Assembly (NCBI RefSeq): GCF_006345805.1
Contig: NC_043004.1
Span: forward strand, 105,710,001-105,774,000
Direction of reading: 5' to 3'
Length of the DNA: 64,000 nt
Source of the DNA: Octopus sinensis
Lineage: Eukaryota
A model generated the notes under the pieces. That model made no database searches. It saw only the letters and a program-made list of their open reading frames with translations, and had not been told where the DNA came from. Positions 23,238-36,208 of this stretch are shown one piece after another (the first letter of the stretch is position 1; each line of letters begins with the position of its first letter). The position numbers were made by a program, and so were the translations under genes.

Positions 23238-23660
23238 CATCATTATCATCATTATCATTTACTGTCCGTTTTCCATGCTAGCATGGGTTGGACGATTTGC
23301 CTGGGGTCTGTGAAGCCAGGAGGCTGCACCAAGTTCCAGTCTGATCTGGCAGTGTTTCTACAGCTGGATGCCCTTCCTAACGCCAACTACTCCGTGAGTG
23401 TAGTGGGTGCTTTTTACATGCCACCGGCACAGAAGCCAGAGAAGGCTGGCAAGTGCCACGATCGGTTGGTGCTTTTTACATCCATGATCGGTTGGTGCAC
23501 AGACTGGCATGGACACCAGTCAAGGCAGCGCTGGCATCGACCACGTTCGGATAATGCTTTTTATGTGCCAACGGCACATGTATCACAACAACAATTTCCA
23601 GTAGGTCTCCTCAAGCACAGCAGGCCGTCCTGCAAGCCATCTAGATGCATACATGGACGA
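23238..23660 (-). mobile_element. Family B (RTE 3' UTR) with three tandem gtgctttttacatgcc units
   Basis: Diagnostic motifs. Confidence 0.85.
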
Positions 23661-24109
23661 AATGGTTAGAATTGGATACAACACTACTGATCATAAACCT
23701 GCCTTAGATAAGCTCACTTCAGGTTAATCAACAGCAACATCAACTTTATTTATAGTAAGAAGATCTGGGCTATTAACAGTTATGTGTTTTGAGACAAAGA
23801 CACAGAGCAGCATTGATGTCAGGATATAGACTGCTGACCCCCCAGTTAGTTGTCCAACATTCTACTGACTCAGCAAGTTTTGGCTTATTTTGTTGCTGGT
23901 GTGCTTTAATCCCAGGTCAACCCTAATCAAATAGGTCTAAAATCAAATGCTTTCCAAAGTGGCCATCCCCTATTATTTGCAACTGTTACCATCCTTTGTT
24001 ATTTCTATGCAGTATATCTGAGGTTACATCATTCAATGTATTTCCTTTAAGTCAATAAGGTGTGACTTGAGGGTGAATTAGTTGCTATTTTTAGTAAACC
24101 GAGTAACCA

Positions 24110-24440
24110 TCTTTTATCTTTTGTCATTTACTTGTTTCAGTCATTAGACTGTGGTCACGCTTGAAGGATTTTAATCAAACAAATCAATCGCAGTATTTTT
24201 TTTTTTTTGTAACCTGATACTTATTCTATTTCTATCAATCTCTTCTGCAGAACTTAAGTTAAGAGGACATAAACACACAAACACTGGTTGTCAAGCAGTG
24301 GTGTTGGACGAACATTTCTGCTACAGCCTTGGTTGGCCCAAGGCTGTAGTCGAAGGCTCTCGTCCAAGGTGCCACACAGTGGGACTGAACCACCTGGAAC
24401 CATGTATTTGGGAAGCAAACTTCTTACCACACAGCCATTC
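24110..24440 (-). mobile_element. SINE family A, internally deleted
   Basis: Tail and head fused without the microsatellite; 24213-24416 is duplicated at 28685-28887. Confidence 0.8.
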
Positions 24441-24584
24441 CAATACAAAAGCTTTCTTATTAACTTCAGCTGTTGTTTAACCCCAAATCATCTCTGGCAA
24501 ATAAAACCATTTACAGTCAAAGGTGTTCCATTCCATTCCTTATCTAGACAGTGTTTTTTTTTTTTTAAAGAACTAATTGCATTA

Positions 24585-24990
24585 GTGGCTGTGTGGTAAG
24601 TAGCTTGCTAACCAACCACATGGTTCCGGGTTCAGTCCCACTGCATGGCACCTTGGGCAAGTGTCTTCTGCTATAGCCCCGGGCCGACCGATGCCTTGTG
24701 AGTGGATTTGGTAGATGGAAACTGAAAAGAAGCCCGTCGTATATATATATATATGTATATGTGTGTTTGTGTGTCTGTGTTTGTCCCCCTAGCATTGCTT
24801 GACAACCGATGCTGGTGTGTTTACATCCCCGTCACTTAGCGGTTCGGCAAAAGAGACCGATAGAATAAGTACTGGGCTTACAAAGAATAAGTCCCGGGGT
24901 CGATTTGCTCGACTAAAGGCGGTGCTCCAGCATGGCCGCAGTCAAATGACTGAAACAAGTAAAAGAGTAAAAGAGTAAAAGAGTAAGAGT
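24585..24990 (+). mobile_element. SINE family A, young full-length copy
   Basis: CpGs largely intact; short internal TA tract. Confidence 0.92.
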
Positions 24991-25580
24991 ATTGTACTTT
25001 TATTTATTTATTTAATTATTTATTTATTTAGGATGGCAGAGTGTGACTTGAGTGAGATTTCGCTTCTCTTTATATTTCTCATATGTTGTATGACAGTATA
25101 CTGAGAACCTTCCTTTATATACAAGTAGGGTGGCTCAACAGAGCCTAGGAGAAGGGACCTTAACCAAAGGCCGTGATTGGTTGGCTTTGGACAGTGGCGC
25201 AAAATAAGTAGAGACAAATCGCGCCACCTGTCAACCAATCAATTCAGTGGACACAACAGGAACAGCTCGGCCAAAGATGGCTGTAATCTCAGACAAGATC
25301 ATTCCTGCCGTGTCTCTCAAACAGTGAGGATATCAGAGACCGCTACAGCCACATTTCAAAATGGCTGAAACTGCTACTGCTACAACAGCATAAAGGTTCT
25401 GTTTGACTTATGTTTTAAGATCACCTAACCAGAACCAGTGATGTCCTTATTTGTCATTCGTTTGTGTACCTGATTGGAAATCTGGTTTGGTATCCAATAT
25501 CCTTTGCTTTGACTTTTTCTTTAGCTAATGATTTGATCATATATTGGCCATTTAAAATAATGTATATCATTGAAAATGTT

Positions 25581-26101
25581 CAGCATATCAATCTCCTGGA
25601 AACTGTTCAGAAATATTCAACCAGATGAATACCCACTATCAGGCATCTACCACACTCTGAATGCCTTGCTTCCCTGGGGCTGGACACATTAAAGCTCCAA
25701 CATTTGGCAACTGACTTAGTAGACGCCCACAAGATTATCCACCACCTTTTGGGTACCTCTTTGAATTTCATGTGTTTAACACTTGTGGAAATGCTTACAA
25801 AATCAAAAAATCAACACAGCACCCATGACTTTTGGAAACATATTTTCACACTTGGAAATGCTGACACATGGAATAAACTACACACATCAGTTATTAGCTG
25901 TTGGGTCACTACATCCTTCAAAACTTCTATACTTTCTGAAATTTGCCAACACTACACCTGATTCCCCATCTGTTTTTTTAAATGACTCTTTCACTCTTCA
26001 CTTCCTGTGCTTATTCTATGTGCTGTTCATGCACTTTTAACTATTTTTTCTGATGAGTTGTAGTGCATTTGAGCACAGTATACAATAACTTCATTATTAT
26101 G

Positions 26102-26157
<56 letters not shown>

Positions 26158-26160
26158 GCA
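25581..26160 (+). mobile_element. CR1-clade LINE 3' fragment with (ATT)n tail
   Basis: INLLETVQK..LASLGLDTLKL..TDLVDAHKII..KHIFTL..WNKL..SFKTS, stop at 25961, then UTR and (att)n. Confidence 0.85.
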
Positions 26161-27119
26161 TAAAAAGTTGGTTTGTTAAGAATGAGAGTCCCACCTCTCA
26201 TTCACAGGAACTTTTAACATAGTCTATTTTTACACCCATCCCATCAAGCTCTGCTGCAATTAAAGGGAAGCCTGAAAAGGTATCAAAAGTAATTATTTTT
26301 AGGAATGTAGCATAGGGAATCCCAAGACCCAGTTTTAAATAACTTGACAGTCCTGATATAAAACAATACTTTAAAAACAACACTAGAGTGACTATTAAAT
26401 CATATGTGTATGTTTTAAATGACAAATATAGTTTTTACTACAACACAGCTATTTACTTGATGGATGTAACAGGACCCCAAAATATTTACTTGCTCTTCCA
26501 TCAGTCTTTTTGTTCTTGTCTTCCATCAACTTCTCATCAAGATGTAATTGAATTTCTTGATACTTCCTTCCTCAAGCATGTCACTAATGTTCTTCTAACT
26601 GCTGTTTGCCTGTTATTTATGTCAGCTTAGAAAGCCTGAAGATATAGATCAGCATTTACATCTTTTATTATGTATCTTTTACTTGCTTCAGTCATTGGAC
26701 AGCAGCCATGCTGGGGCACTGCCTTGAAGGGTTTTTAGTCAAAGAAATCAACCTTGGTACTTTATAAACAAAAGCTTTGCAGACCTCAGTCAAACCGTCC
26801 AACCCATGCCAGCATGGAAAACAAACATTAAACAATGATGATGATGGTGATGATGATGACGATGAACCAAAGACTATAATGAAAATGGTATTGGCGATTA
26901 GAGTGATAACAATATATAACTGGTATTTATTTCATTGTTTTTGAAGTGATATTAAAGAAGATCAGTATCAATAAGGTTTGAACTTGGAGATACAAAACTA
27001 AATACTAGAATGCATTTACTTAGTTACTCTACAGAGTCTCCTGATACTCAACATCTCTGCTCTACCATTTTTACTTAATCAATGTCCTTACACATCTTCT
27101 CTATTACAAATGACAATCA

Positions 27120-27520
27120 TTGAGAAGCAGATTATCTTATAAAATCAATGAGATTAGTGGTGGATTATACTGCATTAAAGCCATTCAGTATGGAGTAGAT
27201 TATCTATTATTAAAAAGTCATTTGTTGTATAAAGGATATTATTTGCTAGAGCTACTAAATATCAAGTCGATTATCTGTTATTAAAATCATTTGCTACAGA
27301 GACATTATACTTGTTATTAAAGCTACTGCTCAATACTGAATGGATTATCTGTTATTAAAGCCATTTTAATATCTTAAGGATATATCTATATAAAGGATAT
27401 ATCTATATACAGGATATATCTGATCTTAAATGTACTCAATACTGCTGAACATGATTATCTGTTATGCATACACATATATGAAATTAAATCTTCTCAGTAT
27501 TGGGTAGATTATCTACTCAT
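27120..27520. repeat. Degenerate minisatellite (gattatctgttattaaagc-like unit, ~35-40 bp)
   Basis: About 8 gattatct-like cores at irregular spacing, plus aaggatatatctatat x3. Confidence 0.6.
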
Positions 27521-27695
27521 TTAAGTTTACCAATTCACTTAAAAGAGAATATTATTTGACATTATTCTATGAGCTTTCATTTCATGCTTTCATTGCTGTC
27601 TCGTTTTTTTATTGGCTTATTGCTGCTATCTGGCCCCTCTTTTACCCTTGTCTGACATGTTGCGCTCTTGAACATTGTATTTATAATAAGCTCAT

Positions 27696-27806
<111 letters not shown>

Positions 27807-27810
27807 TATT

Positions 27811-28048
27811 GAAAGGTGGAAAGCTGGCAGACTTGTTAGCATGCTGGACGAAACGCTTAGCAATATTTAACCCATCACTACATTCTGAGTTCAAATTCCA
27901 CTGAGGTTGACTTTACCTTTCATCGTTTTGGGGTCGATAAATTAAGCACCAGTGAAATTCTGGGGTCGATATAATCGACTAGTCCCCTCCCCCAAAATTT
28001 CAGGCGTTGTGCCTACTGTAGAAAGGATTATTATTATTATTATTATTA
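27811..28048 (+). mobile_element. SINE family D, full length
   Basis: tggcagacttgttag A-box, gagttcaaattcc B-box, ggggtcgataaattaag central domain, (att)n tail. Confidence 0.9.
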
Positions 28049-28933
28049 AATTAGAGAAAGCATTAGAATAAAGAAGAGCAAAATGTTATAAATTACTTAT
28101 CCAACACATTTTACCGACGAAATCTTCAAGCCCATATACAGTTATTTTAATCTTGATGTATACCACCTCCACTGGTATCATCATCATCATCATCATCTTG
28201 AAGGTATATCTATGTATATTTCTATGCTATGTGTACGTGTATTGGGATGGTGTATGCATTTACACACACACATGCACACAAAGGCACACATATATACTCA
28301 ATGCTTCTCAACATATGTATCCAGATATTGACAGATGTTTCTGTATACAAATCTATATATATTTATTTACAAACCTACCTCATGTTTATATGCACACTGT
28401 CATGTGCCTCTATACAACCCACGTGCCCAGCCACTGTGATACACTGGTAGGTTGGTATGGTGGTGAGGGTGGTGGTGATAGAGTACTAGACCCCCCCCCA
28501 CCACCACCACCATTACTACTACCTCCAATAATAATAATAATAACTACAGCTACAAGCGAGCTGTGAACCTCTTCATGTTTGCTTAGCTTGCTAGAAATAG
28601 CAGTCAAATTTTCCTCAAATCACACACTCTTGTCTTCGTCTTTGAAAAAGAAAAATATATATATATATCAACTAATGTATATATCCTGATACTTATTCTA
28701 TTTCTATCAATCTCTTCTGCAGGACTTAAGTTAAGAGGACATAAACACACAAACACTGGTTGTCAAGCAGTGGTGTGGGACGAACATTTCTGCTTCAGCC
28801 TTGGTTGGCCCAAGGCTGTAGTCGAAGGCTCTCGTCCAAGGTGCACACAGTGGGACTGAACCATCTGGAACCATGTATTTGGGAAGCTGGAATGCCTTTG
28901 ATCAAGTTTTATCTAGGGCTAAGCAACAACAAA

Positions 28934-29132
28934 CTTTTAGCATTCAGATTATTCTGTCAAATGTAATGCTTATTTATTCACATCGTTTTGAATTAATCAT
29001 GCTTTATCTCCTAGCTTCAAGATTTCAATGATTGTTTATTATTAGAATGATATTGTAGGGTAGGTGTGACAGGTTTGATCTGGCTGGTTTGAATACAACG
29101 AGTAGGATATAACCAGTTTGAATGTCAAAGGG
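28934..29132 (-). mobile_element. piggyBac-like MITE, diverged copy
   Basis: Reverse-complement match to 46029-46249; ends aaaggg-TTAA. Confidence 0.7.
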
Positions 29133-29947
29133 TTAAATAGATTTTGTGTTTGATGTTTTGTTTTATCAACCCTCTGGCTAGATAAAAAGCATAGTCAAAC
29201 CCTGGTGAGATTCGAACCCAGGACATACAGTGACATAACATAACCATAACTACAAAGCATTCTGCTTATTGATCTACAGGAAATAGCAGCCAAACTATTC
29301 TTTAGCATCTTGAAAGGAAAGGATGCATAATATAAGACCATGATACACAGTTCTTGAAAGTAGGATGGCACGGTCTTTGCCGGAATGCCATTAATCATAG
29401 GTTTGCTCTACAAGAGCTGACCTGGGGTTAAACAACAACACCGACGATGATGACAATAACAACGACAACAATGACAGCAACAACAACAACAACAGCAACA
29501 ACAACAACTACAACTCATAAAATATTTCAAGTAAAGCTGTTTTCGTTCAAACAGCCAATAATTTGTTGAATGTTTCCTTTTCCTATATCTCAAGCATCTC
29601 TGACCTCTGACTTCTGACCTCTGACACTTTTGATATGTATTATAATGTTTTCTTAATGCTTTTTTTAATAATTTCATTACCAAAATAAATTTCCTTCCTG
29701 AAAACACACACACACTTACACACACACACACACACTTACACACACACACACACACACTACACACACACACTACAGGCACGCATCTGTGCATAGGCATTAC
29801 TCTGAGGCTCTAGACTTGATCTTCCTACATGACACAATTTAGTATCTTCTACTTGAATCTCAAATTAACAGTATTTTGAATATTTTATGAGTGAGTTAAT
29901 AGACAAAATCTGTGTAGAAGTCCATATATATTATATATGTATATATA

Positions 29948-30165
29948 TCATCATCATCATCATCATCGTTTAACATCTGTTTTCCGCGCTAGCATGGGTT
30001 GGACGGTTCGACCGGGGTCTGGGAAGCCAGGGGCTGCACCAGGCTCCAGTCTGATCTGGCAGAGTTTCTACAGCTGGATGCCCTTCCAAACGCCAACCAC
30101 TCCGCGAGTGTAGTGGGTGCTTTTTACGTGCCACCTGCACAGGTGCCAGGGGGGTCCGGCATCGT
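29948..30165 (-). mobile_element. Family B (RTE 3' UTR), young copy in (TA)n
   Basis: Diagnostic motifs, TA flanks. Confidence 0.9.
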
Positions 30166-30649
30166 ATATATATATATAATATATATATATATATATTATC
30201 CAAACCAAAGTGTACAGTATTATACATCCATCATGGCTGACTTTACCAATAGGTTTCATGCTATGATTACAAAGGAGTGTTAGGTAACAATCTGATTATA
30301 TAACCCTACATTCATCAGAGGTAGTCAACATGGAATGAAGTGCATCTTTTTCCTGACTTACAGATTTTTAAATGACTTAGTTATACAAACACATACACAC
30401 ACACATACACACACACACATATTTATATCAAAAAAGGGGACTGGAAAATTATTTGGTATTATTGTACAATCTCCTGATATTACTCAACAAAAAATATTTC
30501 ACAGTATTTTTAACTCTTATGCATAACTCACATAAATATAACAACTACATATTGAACTGTAATACTGGAATAAACAGATGTACTTCCAGAGAACACAGCT
30601 TGGAGTTTAACCCTGTCAACATTATATATATATATTTATATATGTACGT

Positions 30650-31006
30650 ATCATGTAGAACCATTAATCCCTACACGTTGTTTTTCTCTGTTTTTTTTCG
30701 TTCCCTCTCCACCCTTTCTGTTGAAGAGTGTAGGCTCAAAACATCAAAGACTTTTCCATTCTTCCCAAGTGTCAAACTAATACACCTGCTTGTTCTTCTC
30801 TCACCTGTCTTTGTATTTTGCTTTCTGTAAATTTGAACCATACATATATATATATATAGACGTACGTATATATATATATATATAGATATATATATATATA
30901 CATATACATATATATACATATATATATATATATATGTGTGTATAGTTCAAATTTACAAAACACGAAAGACAGAGACAGGTGAAGGAACAGCAAGCAGGTG
31001 TATTAG

Positions 31007-31008
<2 letters not shown>
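30650..31008 (+). mobile_element. Penelope-like terminal repeat with decayed hammerhead-like motif and inverted partial copy
   Basis: cttt-ctgttga-a-gagt-gtag-gctc-aaaacatc-aaag at 30714-30749; 30775-30844 is inverted at 30939-31008 around (TA)n. Confidence 0.55.
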
Positions 31009-31060
<52 letters not shown>

Positions 31061-31062
<2 letters not shown>

Positions 31063-31225
31063 GTGCAGGAGTGGCTGTATGGTAAGAAACTTGCTTCCTA
31101 ACTACATAGTTCCGGGTTCAGTCCCACTGTGTAGCACCTTTGGGCAAGTGTCTTCTACTATAGCCTCAGGCCAACCAAAGCTTTGTAAGTGGATTTGGTA
31201 GACAGAAACTGAAAAGAAACCCGTC

Positions 31226-31230
<5 letters not shown>
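31061..31230 (+). mobile_element. SINE family A head half
   Basis: Matches 240-400. Confidence 0.85.
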
Positions 31231-31269
<39 letters not shown>

Positions 31270-31640
31270 CATTTTATCTGTGTAACATGATGCAATGAGA
31301 CATTGCCCTGATATTCTGTTATGGTTTAGCATCTAATTGCATTTGGAACATCCAAAGCAGAGGATACAAATAACCACAACAGTGAACTGTGTATAGAGAT
31401 TAAATGATGTACACTTGTGTTTGTCATAATTTCTCATATGCTTGTGTCTCAACTGGATTTGTTTATGCTGTGCCCATATTTTATCCCATAACATAGCAGT
31501 CTGACAATAAAGATTGATATAGTAAGTACTGAAGTGTGAGTCAATGTGATTGAATTCACCTTTGAAAGAAGTGCCCCAACATGGGCACAGTCTGATGACT
31601 GAGACTGTTAAAAAAACAAAAGAGCAAAATAGAATGTATT

Positions 31641-31644
<4 letters not shown>

Positions 31645-31671
<27 letters not shown>

Positions 31672-32215
31672 TCATCACCATCCATCTGCTTTTCTATGTC
31701 TGATGGGGTTGCACTGGACACATCCAGTGCATCTCTACCCTTCCCACAATCCCTTGTCATATCCTGTGTGAGATCCTACTTCTTGACATCATTCATTTAG
31801 CATTCACCAATTCTGTTCATGTCTTCCTCAGTCTTCCTCTTCTACGGCCTCCATTCCCTTGGATTTCTTATTAATTCTTTATCCAAATGTCATCCATCAC
31901 GTGAATCCCATGTCCCATACCTGTACTGCCTCATCTCTTGCACACCACAACTGATTCTTCCTACATTCAGCTTTACTCTCAGCTCAACCGTACTCCATCA
32001 TTCATACACACTGACATTACACATCCAGTTAATCATGCTGGTCTCACTTCTCTCCACCCTTTCAATATCCTCTGAGTTCGATGCCTATGTTTCACTACCA
32101 TATGACATAATTCTTCATATGTGTGCATCATACAATCTCCTTTTCTTCTCATCAAGTGAGAATTCCTATGTTACAAGTAGAATTAATAGCACCCTGTATT
32201 TTTTTTACCCTGTGA
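31645..32215 (-). mobile_element. Decayed RTE-clade LINE 3' fragment
   Basis: RRLYDA..RVERSETSMINWMCNVSV..ELRVKLNVGRISCGVQEMR; (CAT)n tail complement at 31645-31680. Confidence 0.8.
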
Positions 32216-32654
32216 TTACTTGGTGTTCAACCACAAGTTCTTCCATAATGGTCAAGTATTATGAATATCAAACCAGAATGCTCCATGTGTGTGTGTAGGT
32301 AAGTAGATGAATATACAGGAAGGAATATATGTATGTATGCATGTATGTAAGTATGTACATATATACACATATCCACACACACACATACACACACAAACAT
32401 GTGGAGCTGAGAGAGAAAGATAGTTTTACATATTTATGTCTGTCCATTTCCATGCCTTCATGTTTCTCAATACAGGTTTACAAGTATCTGTCTAAGAATG
32501 TAGGTAAATGGCTGTTCTCCATGTTTCCAAATGTTCATGAACAATTACGAGGTATTGGTTAATTCTGTAATTAATCACCAGTTTTCATGGTGATCAATTT
32601 TAAGACATCCATCAATATGCAGGATATTGATAATTAAGAGTTTATATTTGTGCC

Positions 32655-32960
32655 ATCAGGAAGGCAACGGGCTGACAGAACGACTGGACAAAGTGTTTAC
32701 TGACATTTCATCCATCTGAGGTCAACTTTGCTTCTCATCTTTTCAGAGTCAATGAAATAAGTATGAGTTGAGCACTGGGGTTGATGTAACTGACCTAGTC
32801 CCACCCCTGAAATTGCTGGCCTTGTGCCAAAATTTGAATGCAATGTATTTTATCCTTTCAAAGTTGATAAAATAAGTACCAGTTGAGCATTGGCGTTCAT
32901 TTTCTCAGTTTATCCTCTTCCTTAAAATTGCTGGCCTTGTGCCAAAATTTGAAAGCAATA
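32655..32960 (+). mobile_element. Two tandem partial family D SINEs
   Basis: Repeated aaataagta..gagcactggg..aaattgctggccttgtgccaaaatttgaa. Confidence 0.75.
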
Positions 32961-33176
32961 TACAGGATATTGATAATACCCCATATATACCCCTGGTTAC
33001 GTTTTTGCAAGGTAAAACCTGCTCCTACTTGTTTGGACATGAACTCACCGGGAAGTATCTGACAGAGCATACAAAATGTTCAGTAAGTAGTCGACACCCG
33101 TAGCTAACAGTTGCATACTGTCCTTCTCTTACCATAATGTTTGATCTAAATACAGTGAATACTTCATTTTTTTAAG

Positions 33177-33550
33177 GGCATTGTGTGGTAAGTAGTTTGC
33201 TTACCAACCACATAGTTCTGGGTTCAGTCCCACTGCGTGGCACCTTGGGCAAGTGTCTTCTTCTATAGCCTCGAGCTGACCAAAGCCTTGTGAGTGGATT
33301 TGATAGACGGAAACTGAAAGAAGCCTGTCATATATATATATGTGTATATATATGTGTAAGTGTGTTTGTGCTTGTGACAACCGATGCTGATGTATTTACG
33401 TCCCTGTAACTTAGTGGTTCAGCAAAAGAGACTGATAGAATAAGTACTAGGCTTACAAAGAATAAGTCCTGGGGTCAATTTGCTCGACTAAAGGTGGTAC
33501 TCCAGCATGGCCACAGTCAAATGACAGAAACAAGTAAAAGAATAAAAGAA
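33177..33550 (+). mobile_element. SINE family A
   Basis: Head, short TA tract and tail. Confidence 0.9.
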
Positions 33551-33582
33551 TATGGGTTAAGAGTTACACTCGTGCAATCAGA

Positions 33583-33790
33583 AGGGCAGCAAGCTTGCAG
33601 AATTGTTGCTGTGGTGGGCAAAAAGCTTAGTGTTTCATTTGTCTTTACATTCTGTGTTCAAATTCCAAGGTCAACTTTGCCTTTCATCCTTTTGAAGATG
33701 ATAAAATAGGTACCAGTAGAGCACTGGGGGTTAATTTTACCAGTTTACCCTCTACTTTGAAATTGCTGGCCTAGTACCAAAATTTGAAAC
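33583..33790 (+). mobile_element. SINE family D, diverged
   Basis: gttcaaattcc B-box and central domain. Confidence 0.75.
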
Positions 33791-34419
33791 ATATTTGTGC
33801 CTCAGTTGCATTATAAGGTAAAACCCTTCTTTTATCACCTGTTGTACAACTTGAGTTGCTAATGAGGGAACATTCATGTAGTTGGTCGATTTACTGGAAA
33901 TAGCAGCCAAAATATTTTCTTAAATCATACTCTACTTCCTTAAAAAAGTGGGTGGGGGAATATATATAATATAGTGTGGTCCTGAGCTCTCTGCATGTGA
34001 GAAAATGCAAGGATAGTCATAGCTGGTTGACTGATTGATCATAGATGGATTGATCCTAAACTACAACTACAACAAACACATGTACATATACACATGTATA
34101 AACACACACACACACATGTATGAGGTGATCCAGATATATAATATATATATTGATGTATGACTTCTCATCGTCACTGTTATATCTGAACTGTTATAATATT
34201 TAACATTCTCTGATGTTCTCTTATTACTCTCCAACTGTGTATCTTCAACAAGCACTCTACGATATCTTTATTCAATAATTCCTGCAGCCTGTACACTATA
34301 TGACTGCACATATGACACTCTTCTCAGACTGTTCTCTGCTTGCTCTTTTATACTGACTAGTATTGTTCACTTAGTCAATCGCAAGGATGTACAGATTCCC
34401 CATACAACATATATATAAT

Positions 34420-34775
34420 CTATCTTTTACTTGTTTCAGCCACTAGACTGTGGCTATGCTGGGGCACCACCTTAAAGGGTTTAGTTGAATAAATTGGCAC
34501 TGGTTCTATCAGTCTCTTTTAACTGAACTGCTAAGTAAAGGGTAATGTAAACAAACCAACAACGGTTTTCAAGCGATGGTAGTGGACTAATACAAAGCCA
34601 CAATTATATAGATGATGGGCTTCTTTCAGTTTCCATCTACCAAATCCATTCACAAAGCTTTGGTAAGCCTAGGGCTACTATAGAACCCACCGGCCAAAGG
34701 TACCCTGAAGTGAGACTGTATCTGGCTCTGTGTGGTTTGGAAACAAACTTACCACACAGCCATGCCTGTACCTAT
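34420..34775 (-). mobile_element. SINE family A, diverged
   Basis: Reverse complement of tail and head. Confidence 0.8.
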
Positions 34776-34779
34776 ATAT

Positions 34780-34971
<192 letters not shown>

Positions 34972-35591
34972 GAGGCAATCCAGTTTACTAGCAAATCCTT
35001 GTTGACAGCATTCAGTGTTTTGACTTACTTTCAAGCTACCTATTCCATCTGTCTCTTCTATCATAATTACACCACCTATCACCTCCACACCCACCCATCT
35101 AGATTAGCTGGCTCAATCCCAAAAAAACTACTCACCACCAGAATTTGCTTTTGCTTTTCATAACAAGCTACCTACACTTTCCCTCCTGGGACCATGCACT
35201 AAACATTGTGCAATCTGTTCTCTTCCTTCTATTTTCCTCTTTACCATCCTTCTTGCTTGTATCTTCCTTACACTTATAAAGTAAAAGTAAATATTGTAAC
35301 CTCACACATTGCCTTCCTCCCCACCAAAATGTTTGCTCTCTGAAGGTTTCTACCTACAACTTTTTTCTCCAGTGTATGTAACCTCCTTACTGCACATGCA
35401 TTCAAGTTGGTTACTAAACCTCTGCATACATGTAGCTGGATATAGAACCATATTGTCAGTGCTTCTATCATGGCCTGATTCCATGGGATGGTATGAACTT
35501 AACTGTGTAAGATACAAAACTCTCATCAGATTTACAGTGCTGCCACTGCCTACAGTGATGAGTAATTCCACCTTGTACTGTCTATTTACAG

Positions 35592-36208
35592 CTGTGGTTC
35601 TCAACCAGGACTTTCAGGGGTCCTCGCAAACAAAATAGTAAACTGGGACCCACAGTAGTATATTAAGGGTCCATGAAAAAAATTTGTTTTGGATGTAGTT
35701 AATGCAAGAAACAGCTAAATTTCTTTCTCAAATGGTTTACATAGTTCATCATCATCATCATTATCATGATCGTTTAATGTCCGCTTTCCATGCTAGCATG
35801 GGTTGGACAGTTCAATTGGGGTCTGGGAAGCCAGGAGGCTGCACCAGGCTCCAATCTGATCTGGCAGTGTTTCTACAGCTGGATGCCCTTCCTAACGCCA
35901 ACCACTCCATGAGTGTAGTGGCTGCTTTTTACATGCCACCGGCACAGAAGCCAATCAAGGTGGCAATGGCATCGGCCATGTTCAGGTGGTGCCTTTTACG
36001 TGCCACCGGTACGGGTATCACAACTACAATTTCTATTTGATTTTTATTTTGATGTTGATTACAAATTAATGTATGAAAAACAAAACAGGAAATTTGAAAG
36101 AAGAATCTATAAAAATAAATTTTAAACATTGAATGGCTATGGGGGGGTCTACCAGACTAGAATAGTAATCAAAGGGCTCCATAGATAAAAAATGATTGAG
36201 AACCACTG
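35592..36208. mobile_element. hAT (Charlie-like) MITE with nested family B copy (35745-36040)
   Basis: TIRs ctgtggttctcaacc and gattgagaaccactg; flanks tttacagc/attacagc suggest an 8-bp TSD. Confidence 0.7.

Noticed and set aside
23400-23580. CRISPR-like repeat-spacer pattern of gtgctttttacatgcc units
   Set aside because: Units are degenerate, belong to the RTE 3' UTR, the context is eukaryotic and there are no cas genes.
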